Source: Phoronis australis (Eukaryota; Animalia; Phoronida). From it: a DNA stretch of 64,000 nucleotides. Position numbers and translations under genes: made by a program. The notes under the pieces are model-generated. The model was given only the letters and a program-made list of their open reading frames with translations. It searched no databases and was not told the DNA's origin. Shown one piece after another: positions 39,901-50,500 of the stretch. Numbering within the stretch: the stretch's first letter is position 1; each line of letters opens with the position of its first letter. Location: positions 340,878 to 404,877 of the forward strand of contig NMRA01000418.1 in assembly GCA_002633005.1 (NCBI GenBank). The letters run 5' to 3'.

Positions 39901-42706
39901 AGAAGCCCCCATGGTGCTTAGAAAATCCAATCTGGAAGGGGGGCGCTTGCTCTCCTAAAAGGCGGTTGCCGGAAACCCGGACTCTGAAACGGGTGAGTTT
40001 GAGTCTAGGGTTCATCAAATTTACGCGCTATGACGTATCTGAAATCTACGACAGACTTTCTACAAAACTATGGTGCATTGCTATCAACCTTTGTTGTTAA
40101 AATAACGATTGTTTAAAAATGAAATGTGCTGTAGTCCCAGGGAGAAAACTGGCCGACTGATGCGTCGCTGCCTCGCGATCTTCGATAGGGCAACTTGAAT
40201 TCTTGAGTAAAAACACAGTTTCGACTCAACAAATTACCTGAAATTCTCTTTAAGTTTTCCAAAATACCATCCCTAAGATTCTTAAGTTCCTGTGGAGTCA
40301 GGATTAACAGCTGATTAAGTCCAAATCTGCGCTAGATCGCACCCCGCAAGTAGTATACTAAGTCATTTAGGACGCCCGTTTTGCGGGTCTCGGTCAAAGG
40401 TCATCTATGTGAACGGTCAAAGGTCACGTTTGATAACGGCGATCGGAAGGGACACCATCCACCTACCGGACGGATGTGTAAATGACGTCACACCTCATGA
40501 CGTAATAGGTTTAATTGGTTGGAGAGGCACCTCGATGCCCGTTTTGCGGCGCCTAGCAACGGATCGAGAATCGAAACAAAAGAGGGATGACAAGAACAAA
40601 ACGTGGATTACCTTCTTTCGTGTGCGCAGAGTGTCGTGTATATTGTGTGTTCTGTCTCATCAAAAACAAAAGACGTATACAAAAGGGGATAACCACCCAA
40701 CTCAACAACAGATGTCGCGTAAAGTCTAACCCAGACCCCGACGGTACTAAGCGAATCGTATTCGTAATAATAAGAAGCGGCCAGCTAACGCAGAACATAA
40801 AACCGATAGCGTTTAAACGCGTATTAATGACAAACCAACACTACAAAAATCATACGAATATAAAATCATCAAAACGTTCAGAAAAGTAGTCTACAGCAAA
40901 TTTATCAAATGTCCGAAATAAATTACCTGCAAGAGAGGTGCGCGTTCACCTACTTTTATCCCAAACGACAAGTGTTCGACGACGGCGTCACCACTGGACC
41001 TTTGAAAAACGGGCATCGAGGTGCCTCTCTAACCAATTAAACCTATTACGTCATGAGGTGTGACGTCATTGACACATCCATCCGGTAGGTGGATGGTGTC
41101 CCTTCCGATCGCCGTTATCAAACGTGACCTTTGACCTTTCACATAGATGACCTTTGACCGAGACCCGCAATACGGGCGTCCTAAATGACTTGCTATACTA
41201 CTCCGCAACACGAGAAAAATTTCGACGAAGACACGTTGTTGTGGCGTTTGTTTTGTAGTTAGTCTGCAGGTACGGTGTGGGCCGAGTAAGCGAGCACGCG
41301 CGTGTCATCAGAGTTCATTTGCCAGAGTAGCATGCCCACGAACGCGCGCTTCTTGGCCACGTGCTCCAGTTTCTATTCGCGGTTTTTACCTGTACCAAGT
41401 AATCTAGTAATTGGGGGTGACAGTTCCGCACGCGGAACGGTTCCGCAAGCGGAATGGTTCCGCAACTGTTCTGTTTAATAATTAATTATTGTTAGGGTAC
41501 AACTTATTATACATTGATTATGGAATGCATTTTAACTTGATTGGGCATGGCAATTAAAAAATTGAGTCCTCCAAAAACTATTCTGTTTGCGGAACAGTTC
41601 CGCATGTGGAACCGTTCTGCAACCGTCACATTGATTAAGTATTGAGAGGGGGCACATTATACTTTCAAGTGTTATTGAGAATGGAATGTAATTCATGCTT
41701 ATTGGGCAAGGAGAAATTTAAAAATTTTAGTCCTGTGTTAAACTTTTCTGTTTATGTAACCCTTCTGCAACTGTCACATTGATTTTTAAAAATCAATTAT
41801 TATTTTGATTATTATTCTACAATATATACAAAATAATTCGCAAGTCACATTTTTCCACAAAACTTGCGCAGTATTCTGCAAGTGCGTAATAATTGCAAAA
41901 TCTGCGTAATACTCCGCAAAATTTGCGTAATATTCCGTAAAATCTGCGTGATATTCCGCAAAATGTGCGTAATTTTCCGCAAAATCTGCGGAATATTTCT
42001 ATTTCCTCCATTAGCAGTTTCTCAATTAGCAGTTCAGTTTTTACCATGCGTATTATTTTGCAGCCAGAGCGGAATATTCCGCATCGCAAAAAATGAACTT
42101 CTAATTAAGAAATTGCTAATGGAGGAAATGAAAATGTAACATTGTAAAGGTGTTTAGGGTAAGGTATAGATTTGTTTCATACCTTTTTATGGCCCTAAGT
42201 GGGCATAAAAAGTGCGGAACCGTTCTGCACACTTTGAGACTAAAAGCTATCAAATCGCGTGCAATTACAACAAAAACCTATTTGATTGATTGGTCAATTC
42301 AAATATGGTTCAACCCAGGAGAAAATTGTACCACACAAGTGCTCCGTCTGGAAATAAGTCGATGTTTTGAAGTTTTACCTGTTCTAGCCAAACATTCAAA
42401 ACCTTGATCTACTGAACTGGAAAATACAACGGAAAGGATGCCCGACTAGACTAGATAGTTCTAAAATTTGTCACCTAGACAAACATACAATGTGCGTCGG
42501 TGTCGACCACAGCGTCGTACATATGTAAGCCCTATCTCGAAGAAGACTAGCGTCACATATATCTATAAAAATCTATGAAATAGGCCTATATTAACCCGGC
42601 GATCTGGTATTGGGAGGTGAGGGGGCTTTAATAAGTAACACTCACCCTTAAGAAACGCACTCAAAACTGCATAAACAAACAGCGATGTCATATCCCAGCC
42701 TTGCAT
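12842..42706 (-). CDS. Whole gene model: predicted GPI-anchored two-Ig-domain (V-like + C2) immunoglobulin superfamily protein, 8 exons, 321 aa
   Basis: Exons 42646-42706, 38205-38573, 27872-28183, 17330-17365, 16394-16429, 15697-15732, 15052-15081 and 12842-12927 all have GT/AG sites and join in phase 1 into one 966-nt ORF with no internal stop. Domain order is coherent: leader, Ig, Ig, stalk, hydrophobic tail. Confidence 0.82.
13378..13433 (-). other. Candidate 56-nt alternative (frame-shifting) exon
   Basis: Strong pyrimidine-rich acceptor (...ttttcctttgcag) and donor CAG|GTAAGG inside the last intron. Open in phase 1. Confidence 0.4.
15052..15081 (-). CDS. Exon 7: 30-nt stalk micro-exon GTIKSTVKAG
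   Basis: Acceptor ttgcag, donor G|GTATG, symmetric phase 1. Confidence 0.72.
15697..15732 (-). CDS. Exon 6: 36-nt stalk micro-exon DTIKPTENGEGV
   Basis: Acceptor ttacag, donor G|GTATG, symmetric phase 1. Confidence 0.75.
   Translation of the reverse strand: MPLSQLKMEKV
16394..16429 (-). CDS. Exon 5: 36-nt stalk micro-exon ETVMPTETGKAV
   Basis: Acceptor ttacag, donor G|GTAAG, symmetric phase 1. Confidence 0.75.
   Translation of the reverse strand, partial: KPLCQQKLEKL
17330..17365 (-). CDS. Exon 4: 36-nt stalk micro-exon DTTKLTENGEDG
   Basis: Acceptor ttacag, donor G|GTATG, symmetric phase 1, homologous to exons 5-7. Confidence 0.75.
19965..20330. repeat. Degenerate short tandem repeat (acgtgtaaaac/acgtggcaaa-like), probable TE remnant
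   Basis: Recurrent ~11-bp motifs. Confidence 0.5.
23250..24349 (+). mobile_element. Decayed mariner transposon
   Basis: Frameshifted transposase motifs WKHVGS..PRKFK...KIMARVFWDSKQGILMID, LLQDNAPA and HPAYSPDL. 3' end tattgaacgaccctct-TA. Left boundary approximate. Confidence 0.85.
25235..25835 (-). pseudogene. Disrupted MADF/Myb-like ORF, probably Harbinger ORF2
   Basis: EEEEE*AMVV*LGNHPEIYNK, then a frameshift to YKDKMKK...EQAASLDK...LVWYRSISTRY. This resembles the Trp-spaced MADF pattern, with stops. Confidence 0.55.
26315..27513. mobile_element. Partial Harbinger-like element, inverted homolog of ~45760-46950
   Basis: Ends gagattggagaccgggcc. Internal blocks match 45760-46950 in reverse complement (e.g. 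ggtcaggcaccatatcacag vs ctgtgatatggtacctgacc). Confidence 0.7.
27872..28183 (-). CDS. Exon 3: Ig C2-type domain
   Basis: Lies within ORF 27840-28205. Acceptor tgttcttttttccctag, donor G|GTAAGT, 312 nt. Motif LQCKANLGKPQASMVW...STLTV...DNNVQFRCQVSN has the canonical C-W-C. Confidence 0.9.
33412..33760 (+). pseudogene. Decayed transposase-like fragment with a degenerate C2H2-like motif
   Basis: SWKAYAIGDG...IFLYPKDGCNNTFASRNKLKQQVSMGWH. Family not assignable with confidence. Confidence 0.35.
38205..38573 (-). CDS. Exon 2: Ig V-like domain without the canonical B-F cysteines
   Basis: Lies within ORF 38197-38613. Acceptor ttcttggtctttcag, donor A|GTAAGT, 369 nt. V-set E/F motif FTITLSHITPDDEGQYTVEV and G-strand SQLVVD. 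Confidence 0.88.
40351..41200. mobile_element. MITE with ~195-bp near-perfect TIRs in intron 1
   Basis: 40351-40544 is the reverse complement of ~41007-41200. Flanks ccccgcaag / ctccgcaac resemble a degenerate TSD. Confidence 0.88.
41420..42230. repeat. Repeat element with gttccgca/gcggaac motifs, 21-bp tandem array (41860-41995) and 36-bp hairpin arms (42001-42036 / 42094-42129)
   Basis: Tandem units aatattccgcaaaatctgcgt and inverted arms are directly visible. Confidence 0.65.
42646..42706 (-). CDS. Exon 1: signal peptide MQGWDMTSLFVYAVLSAFLK
   Basis: ATG is preceded by an in-frame TAA, followed by a hydrophobic core and donor G|GTGAGT in phase 1. It joins exon 2 to give ...FLKDAAVFA/LSV, a plausible signal peptidase site. 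Confidence 0.75.
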
Positions 42707-42714
42707 TTAGCAAC

Positions 42715-42790
42715 ACGGTTTTCACTTCCGAAATTACAAGAACGCCACGACTTTGAATTGAGCGCGCACAGCACGTGCAGTTATATCGCG
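42715..42790 (-). promoter_or_regulatory. Possible core promoter of the Ig gene (TATA-like GATATAA, E-box CACGTG, ETS/IRF-like CGGAAGTGAAA)
   Basis: These motifs lie within about 80 bp upstream of the ATG. They are short, so evidence is weak. Confidence 0.25.
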
Positions 42791-42850
42791 TGGTGGGAGA
42801 ACATAAGATCAGCCAAGACTCCGCCTTTCCGCCTTCTATCCTAGTGGAAT

Positions 42851-43454
42851 GCAGAATGGTGAATGTTGGCCAATTCCCCTTTTGTCCACTGACGTCACAA
42901 GCATACTGGCGCCCCCAGTGGAGGCCCTGAGAACTCGTAAATAAACCGAGTTCATGAACCCGGTAGTATCCAGCCTAGCCGAGCCAAGCTGGCGAACAGA
43001 CTTGTATTTATTGTGGGACGTTGAGTATCGCTTTTTTCTAAGAACATAATGCATGGTATATAATAATGAATGGTGTATAGTACGTATTAATTATGATTGA
43101 AAGATTCCTTTTTAGTCGAGCGTAAACGAGGCTATTTCGCGTGGGGATAAAACTTTGGCTTTGCCGGCGTGTGTAACACAGAAGAACAGTTGGATCGTGT
43201 TGCAGGATAGCTAGAATGAATATTCCAATGTTCTTAATTTATTGGAACAATATTGATTTTCTGAGAAGTATGACATGCAACATTATTTAAAAAACACACT
43301 AAAACATAGCGACTCTGGAAAAATCATAAAAAATACTTTAACCACAGTCGCCAACATGCTTGTTTACGAGTTCTCAGGGCCTCCACTGGGGGGCGCCAGT
43401 ATGCTTGTGACGTCAGTGGACAAAAGGGGAATTGGCCAACATTCACCATTCTGC
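42851..43454. mobile_element. MULE-like MITE, ~90-bp TIRs, 9-bp TSD, ~145 bp upstream of the ATG
   Basis: GCAGAATGGTG...CACCATTCTGC termini. TAGTGGAAT repeated at 42842-50 and 43455-63. Confidence 0.9.
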
Positions 43455-43840
43455 TAGTGGAATGGTCTCAAGCAAAAGTTGCATTACCAGCAATTCGTAA
43501 ACTAGGTCATCCGCCAGGTTTTCTGCGCAAACTAGGTCATCGCTTATGGACCAGTCAGCGCTTGACACCCCGCGTGGCTCCTTGAGGGAAGCACCAGGAA
43601 GGTTGTTCTACATTTTGTAACCCAAAATTACCAAAGTTCAAATATATTCCGTTCAAAAGGAAAGACAAAACATATTAATACAGATGTCTGGCCAATATCA
43701 TGAGTCACCACTCGTAAGCAAGTCAAAGCTGTCCTTACTCGTAGCCTTATCTCGCACTAACTCAATCCGGCGACTAGTTTTCACTGAGTTCGCAATGCAA
43801 CAACACAATTCCCATAAATTCAACTTGTAATGACACCTTT

Positions 43841-44979
43841 TACGGTGGCCCGAAAGTATCATCGCTACTTTTGTTTAAATAATTTGTCATTTTTCATTTT
43901 CCACCTTGGTGGAAATAATTCAACCTAGGTGGAAATATTTCAACCTAGGTGGAAATTATTTCCACCCGGGTGGAAATTATTTTCACCCGGGTGGAAACTA
44001 TTTCAACCTAGGTGGAAATTATTTTCACCCGGGTGGAAACTATTTCAACCTAGGAGGAAATTATTTTCACCCGGGTGGAAAATATTTCAACTAAGGTGGA
44101 AATTATTTTCACCCGGGTGGAAATTATTTCAACCTAGGTGGAAATTATTTTCACCCGGGTGGAAATTATTTCAACCTAGGTGGAAATTATTTTCACCCGG
44201 GTGGAAATTATTTTCACCTGGGTAAAAATGTTATACATCCGGGCACCTATTTTCATCTGTGTTGTGATTGGATGAAGTCTTGTAGGTGGAGGTCGATTGG
44301 GCCAGCCATTTTGTTCAACAAAGTTCAGATTAGGTTGCCATGTCGGCGCCTTATCTGCCTCTTGGATTTGCCGCGGACTTTAACAGAGACAGTGTGATTA
44401 CGTATTACTCCTAGTTTCAAAACAACTCTCTGAATAAAGTTGCCGGATTTCAGCAACGAACCCAAGTAATTAACAAATATAGTGTATGGTGTAGAACGTT
44501 GAGAAATTTCGGATAAATAAATGACATGTTGTTGTCGAAAAGCCTCACCCTTCCCGTGCTGACAAGTTTTAAAGTATCATCGCTACTTTTGTTTAAATAT
44601 TTTTTCATTTTTCATTTTCCACCTAGGTGGAAGTAATTCAACCTAGGTGGAAACTATTTTCACCCGGGTGGAAACTATTTCAGCCTAGGTTGAAATAATT
44701 TCCACCCGGGTGAAAATAGTTTCCACCCAGGTGAAAATAGTCTCCACCCAGGTGAAAATAGTTTCCACCTCTGTTGAAATAATTTCCACCTAGATTGAAA
44801 TAGTTTCCACCCAGGTGAAAATAGTTTCCACCCAGGTGAAAATAGTTTCCAGCCGGGTGAAAATAGTTTCCACCCAGGTGAAAATAGTTTCCACCTAGGT
44901 TGAATTATTTCCACCTAGTTGGAAATGAAAAATGAAAAAATATTAAAAAAAGTAGCGATGATACTTTCGGGCCATCCTA
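43841..44979. mobile_element. Foldback-type element with 21-bp minisatellite arms
   Basis: Termini tacggtggcccgaaagtatcatcgctac / gtagcgatgatactttcgggccatccta. Arrays of aattattttcacccgggtgga in opposite orientations at 43900-44225 and 44680-44925. Confidence 0.85.
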
Positions 44980-45519
44980 GGTGTGAATATTATCAGTGAT
45001 TTTACCAAAAACTTTGAAATAACTAGACCCAGTAATGATAGTCTATGATGATAACTGATATCAAAAGGCCAAAATTGACAATTTTCGTCCACCCCATGTT
45101 AAAAGCAAAATTTTGTCTAATTTTCTTCAAACTCCTACATTTCAATTTTGATTATACTGACATATGTTGGGTTTATCGGCAACTAACCGCACATGAAAGG
45201 CTTAGTCGAAAATTATCGTTTTCTCACATGCCCTTTCGGGTTTGTAGCGGCGATTCCACTGATTGAAGCGACAAAATAAGCCAAAACTTTGGCCATACCA
45301 TGTTAAACATTTTTTTTTCCAATTTTGCTGAAACTTGGCCACATTTTTAACAATATACTTATCTATGTTACGTGCTATCGGCAAATGTGATTGATTCATA
45401 AATAAGACACTCACGCTGTGTTTTCTGCGAATCCCATGTATCCTGAAGGGGGCTAACTGAGTGATTTTCGCGCATGCGCAGTTCACGGTTTCAATATTGC
45501 TGGTAATGTGGCATTCGTG

Positions 45520-47472
45520 GTTCCGGTCTCCAATCTCCGTACTCAGACTCATACTCATACTCATACTCGAGATTTCACACTCAAAATCCTGTTCACTGGA
45601 GTCCCACTCAAAAAAGCGTATCTAATATCGCATTTCGAGTAGACTCCAAACATACTTAAACGGACTTATTTTTTAGATTTGCCGTGAGTACGTTCTCGAA
45701 GTTACAAGAACAGATTTTTTGAGTATGACATTGAATGCCCCAAAGCTGAGTCTGTACTCGAGCGTCTCCAATCTCCGTACTCAGACTCGAATCATACTCA
45801 AACTCACACTTCATACTCAACTCGAGTACAGACTCAGCTTTGGTGTATTCAATGTCATACTCAAAAAAGATGTACTCAAAATTTCGAGCACGTACTCAAT
45901 TTTCGAGTAGGCCTATAGTCTAAGTAAAATTTATTTCATCTATGTTTCGGGTACGATTTTGGGTAAAAATTCCGCCGAGTATATGCACCAAATTTTAAGT
46001 TTGGTTTGGCAGTGTGCTTGAAATCGTACTCGAAAATAAATACGGCTAATGTGAGACAATGACAAGTTATTCCACGAGCGAAAAAAGAAAATGTCGAAAG
46101 ACCAGTGAGACAAAGCAAATCTTTGAAAAATTTAAGTCCTCATACTATATCTCAGAGCTTGAGACAATAGTTTTCCTTTTAAACCTTCTTCACTTCATTG
46201 CCGCCAATATTTAAACGCCTTCTTACTCTACGATTCCTGGCAACTGTCGAATTCTTATCGCATTACAAGTGTCGAAAATAGTTGTGGGGAGGGGGTTGCC
46301 CCGATGGCAGTGCCTTTGCAACGGTTTGTACGGTTACTCAAAGACGAGGAGGCGAGAAAAGTTAAACGACGGTTTGCTACCCTGTCAGGTAACCTACATT
46401 TCACATTATAGGTTAAATCATCGCTAATTCCTCAATCCCCGATTGGTATTTCAGACTTTGTTTGACGATTTCTAAGTAGAATTCTCATACATGTACCTTT
46501 CACTGGTGAACTCTGAATGCCTGTACATGTAGCGCCAAATGTCACCTAACTTGACATATCTCGGTAAAATGCAAAGATACATGTACAGTTTCAAAATTTT
46601 GACAAAAGCGTAGGCCTACACAGCAATGGGTTCTACGTCAAGACTTAACTAGCAAAACAGAACAGGGAAGCAAACAACTGAGGCCCAAAAATGTCAACTG
46701 ACGTTTCGGTCTGACGTGGACAACCAGCTAACTAGATAAGAACGCCACCACTGGCAATAAAGGTACACAATTTTGAAATTCGACCTGTCGTCAAAGAAAA
46801 TGTGCAATTCGAACTCTCCCTTAAAAATGTCGGCCTGTGATATGGTACCTGACCCCCGTGCCCGGGGTCACCGGCCCACCACTGCATTACTAAGAAAGAA
46901 AATTTCAATATGGCGTCAATAGTTGGTGTGTCCATGCCAATTTTAGGAGTAAATGTGTCAAGTGTAGCGAGGAATGAACTCATTTTGCCCCCTTGGCTGA
47001 ACCAGACGCTAAGATTGTGGCTGCTCCGCTCCGGCCGTGACTTTCTTTGATGTGATAAGCTATTACAAATTTTTAAAGACATTTTCGGGAGATAAGGAAC
47101 TCAATAATTAAGTACAAGAAATGGTGCAAGAATACGTATTGAAAAAATGAATAACAGTTACAGAACACTCAGCATTCTACGTTATACTCTTGTAATTGTA
47201 GCGACAACGGACGATAATGTAGTTGTTAAGGTAGTGTACATATATGCGAATAGGGAGCGCTGAATACCCGCGACTTCGCGTGAATTTGCATTCCACATCA
47301 GAAAGAGTTCCATAACAACTCGAGTACGATTCTCAGATTTGAGAACATTTGGAGTCTACTTAAAATGCGACATTGAACACGCTTTTTTGAGTACGACTCC
47401 AGTGAGCACGATTTTGAGTATTAAATCTCGAGTATGAGTATGAGTATTAGTATGGAGAATAGAGACAGGGCC
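45520..47472. mobile_element. Non-autonomous Harbinger-like element with TIRs and a nested second terminus
   Basis: TIRs ccggtctccaatctccgtactc / gagtattagtatggagaatagagacagggcc, followed by CTG. A second terminus at ~45763 forms a ~50-bp inverted pair (45713-45762 / 45821-45870). Confidence 0.7.
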
Positions 47473-47528
47473 CTGACTGCGTACAAAACCAACAACTTTA
47501 AAACTACTGACCATTTTCACTGTTAGTG

Positions 47529-50500
47529 CAGTCAAGTTATTCTAGAGCTTCAGAGGGCCCAACCTGGAAAAACTTGCAACAGAAGGTTTTTTTGCGGAAA
47601 TGGCATCTTCAAACATACCTTGGTGCCAGAAAAAAGTCTACCGAAATTGGAGTGGCGGAAGTCGGTTTTTCAAGATGGCGGAAAAAATGGCCCTCCTATA
47701 CCGGTGTTTACTGCTCTCTGGCATGTTACTCATATGTAACAGCTGGAAATCAAACAATAAAGTTTGTCATTGATTTTATACTGTTCGTAACAGGCATACA
47801 AATCAAAAAATACCAATTTCCGTGAAAGAAAACCAATATGGCCGAGAAAAAGTCGGCCGAAACGGCAATTTGGTGCATTTTGTAAGGTTTCGTTTTTTTA
47901 TTTTGCCCTGAAAATGGTAAAATTATTATTCTTTTGTAAGGTAGACAATTGAACATATCTTACCTTACAATTGGTCACTGGTTGGAGAGAAAAAATCAAG
48001 ATGGCTGACAAAATGGGGCCAAAATGACCGCCACTTCACAAAACCCCAATTTAAAGCATTTACGTTCCATTAACTTTGTTTGTAACCTGATAGGCATTTA
48101 CACAAAACATTTTACAATCTACAGTCAGGGTTAATGAGTTGATTGTTTCTATAATTGGTTTTTCAGATTTAGATACTAAATGTGAAATTTTAATCTCATT
48201 TTAGATTATGTAACATAAAAGTTGTTGTGTTTTTCAGAAAAGGCATTAGTTAAATTTTCATAATATACTTCACACACTCATTTTTTTCTGTAAAATAAAT
48301 TCATTTGAGGTATCAAAAATAATATCTTAGAAAAAAATCAAAATGTGTTGTGGAGATATTGGCTTATTCATAACACAAACCCTGAATAAAATTGGGCAGA
48401 AAGTGGCTTTTTTCTCTGCTATTGGAGATATTATTAGATGTTCCCAAGCAATGATTTCGTCTGCTGCTGTCATGTGTTGAGAATTTGGCCCTTGATTTTA
48501 TCTGAATTAATTAAATTTTGTCATTAAGTATTCACAATTTGTTTAATATGCATGCTTTTTATGAGCATAGGTGACTGATTTTAGAGGAAATTAGTGCTAG
48601 TAAACAAAACATCTGCAGTCACTTGTTCCTAGCCAGGCTTGGCAGATTTCATACTGAAATGAGCTTTCTGGGATGTATTGGATATGTAATGTCAGGCACA
48701 GAGCTTCAAGAAGTTCTTGAGATGGTGCATGCATCAAATGGTGTGATCCTTATGTCCCAGTTCCAAATATTGACAGATCAAGTAACGTCAATCCAGAACC
48801 AATGAAGACAGAAGTTCTGGTTCTTCAGAAATCCCAAGAGTCCCGAATATCACCTACGCAGAACACACAGATTCCGTGCCAAGAAGGGGACCAATTCAAT
48901 GCTTGAACACCAATATTGGCTCGCTAGAATATGGAGACAGATTCTTCAGACATCCCAAGTGATCACATAACTAGATGTATACGCTGAGGTATGCAATGCA
49001 CAGCCAGTGTCTTCCGATTCTGAACCTTGAATTACAATGGAATACCCTCAAGAGAGTTCACTTCTGGCTTCCGACCTACTGCCACTGATATATTCAAATA
49101 CGACTGAATCAGAGTATAGGTCTTCAGAATTCGCAGTGACAGAGAGTAGTTCGTCAGAAGAATCAATGATCAATGTTATACTTGATGATGATTTGAGAGG
49201 TGGTTTGAAGCTGTATAATGATGTTATTGCTGGCATGACATCTGTGCACGGCGATGTATGCTCGTCGGAGTGTCTTGTAGGTATCCATAAAAATCGAAGC
49301 ACATAAATTAGACTTGTCCTTGCAAAGCCGAATCATTAGTCTTTGGCTTCAGTATATGAAGATGACTGACATCCTTCGACTTTTTTAAAAGCACAAATAA
49401 CGTCAGATTGGGAGTCTCACCTAAAAGCAGTTTCTGAAATGCTGCCTTACTTTGCAGCTGCTGGTCACAACTCTTATGCAACATCTGCATACATGCACTT
49501 GCAGCAGACGCAGCAACTCAGAGACAACCGTCCAGATGTCATAAGATAAAGTCAAAGATATTGGACATGCTTGATCTTGTAATAGAACAAACGTTCATGA
49601 AAGGTATGAAAGCACCAGGAGCTTTAATTAGATGTTGTGAAATGGGAGATACGCAGATTGCACCATGGCCGCTTTCCTTGCCGGCATACTCAAGTATAAA
49701 TGGTGCCATGCAGACTGGGACAAACTTGAGTTGTAAAACATGTCAGAAGCATAAAAATGTACCCAGACAAGACAGTCGCGTGACGACAAAGACGTCCGCA
49801 GCCAGAAAGACAAGGTTGTGGCAATGACAATTCAATCAGTTCATGTTGCTAATAGTGATTTTACACAAGTGTCTCCACGACTGCTACTTCAGCGAATCCT
49901 GACAAAAGACAACAGTGAAAGTTCATGAAGTGTTGATGTTTGAGCTGTGTGTTCGTGCTCTGCTCTTTTTGAAACATCTGGTCTTCCAAGAGTCTCTAAT
50001 AAATCAAGATTATCTGATGCAATCTGGTCCATCGGGGGACTACCTGAGGATTTCAGTTTCCAGAAAACACGGTGATGCATGTAATCGACGGCGGTTCTCT
50101 CCTTCACCGTATTCCATGACCTACAGGTGCAACATTTCAGTCGTTTGGCAGAGCTTATGCGGATTACATCAGCAAGTGCACCCAGCCTACTGTTGTTTTT
50201 GATGGTTACTGAGATGAATCATCAACTAAACATGTTTCCCATGTTCCAATTTTGGGTGAGGAGGTTGGAAGTGAAGTTCACTGCATTGGTGACATTGTGA
50301 TCAAGCCAATGTCACAACATTTTTTGGCAAACAGCAAAAACAAACAATGATTCATTCATTTGTTATCAAGTTTGCTAGGAAATGCTGGTTGCACAGGGGT
50401 TCAAGCTCAAGGTGACGCAGACGTTTTAATTATAGAAACAACAGTAGAGAACGCAGCACAAGGCCCAACTACACTTATTGCAGACGACACAGAATTGCTG

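Noticed and set aside
40230-40290. Alternative leader exon with donor CAG|GTAAT
   Set aside because: The ATG frame stops after MVFWKT. Exon 42646-42706 gives a proper signal peptide.
41817-42139. Repetitive ORFs (RKICVIF / RRFCGIL)
   Set aside because: They are translations of a 21-bp tandem repeat.
43900-44925. CRISPR-like array of short palindromic repeats, and ORFs such as GGNYFHPGGNYFNL / WKLFSPG
   Set aside because: The units are head-to-tail 21-mers with no unique spacers, no cas genes are present and the context is eukaryotic. The ORFs are by-products of a period divisible by 3.
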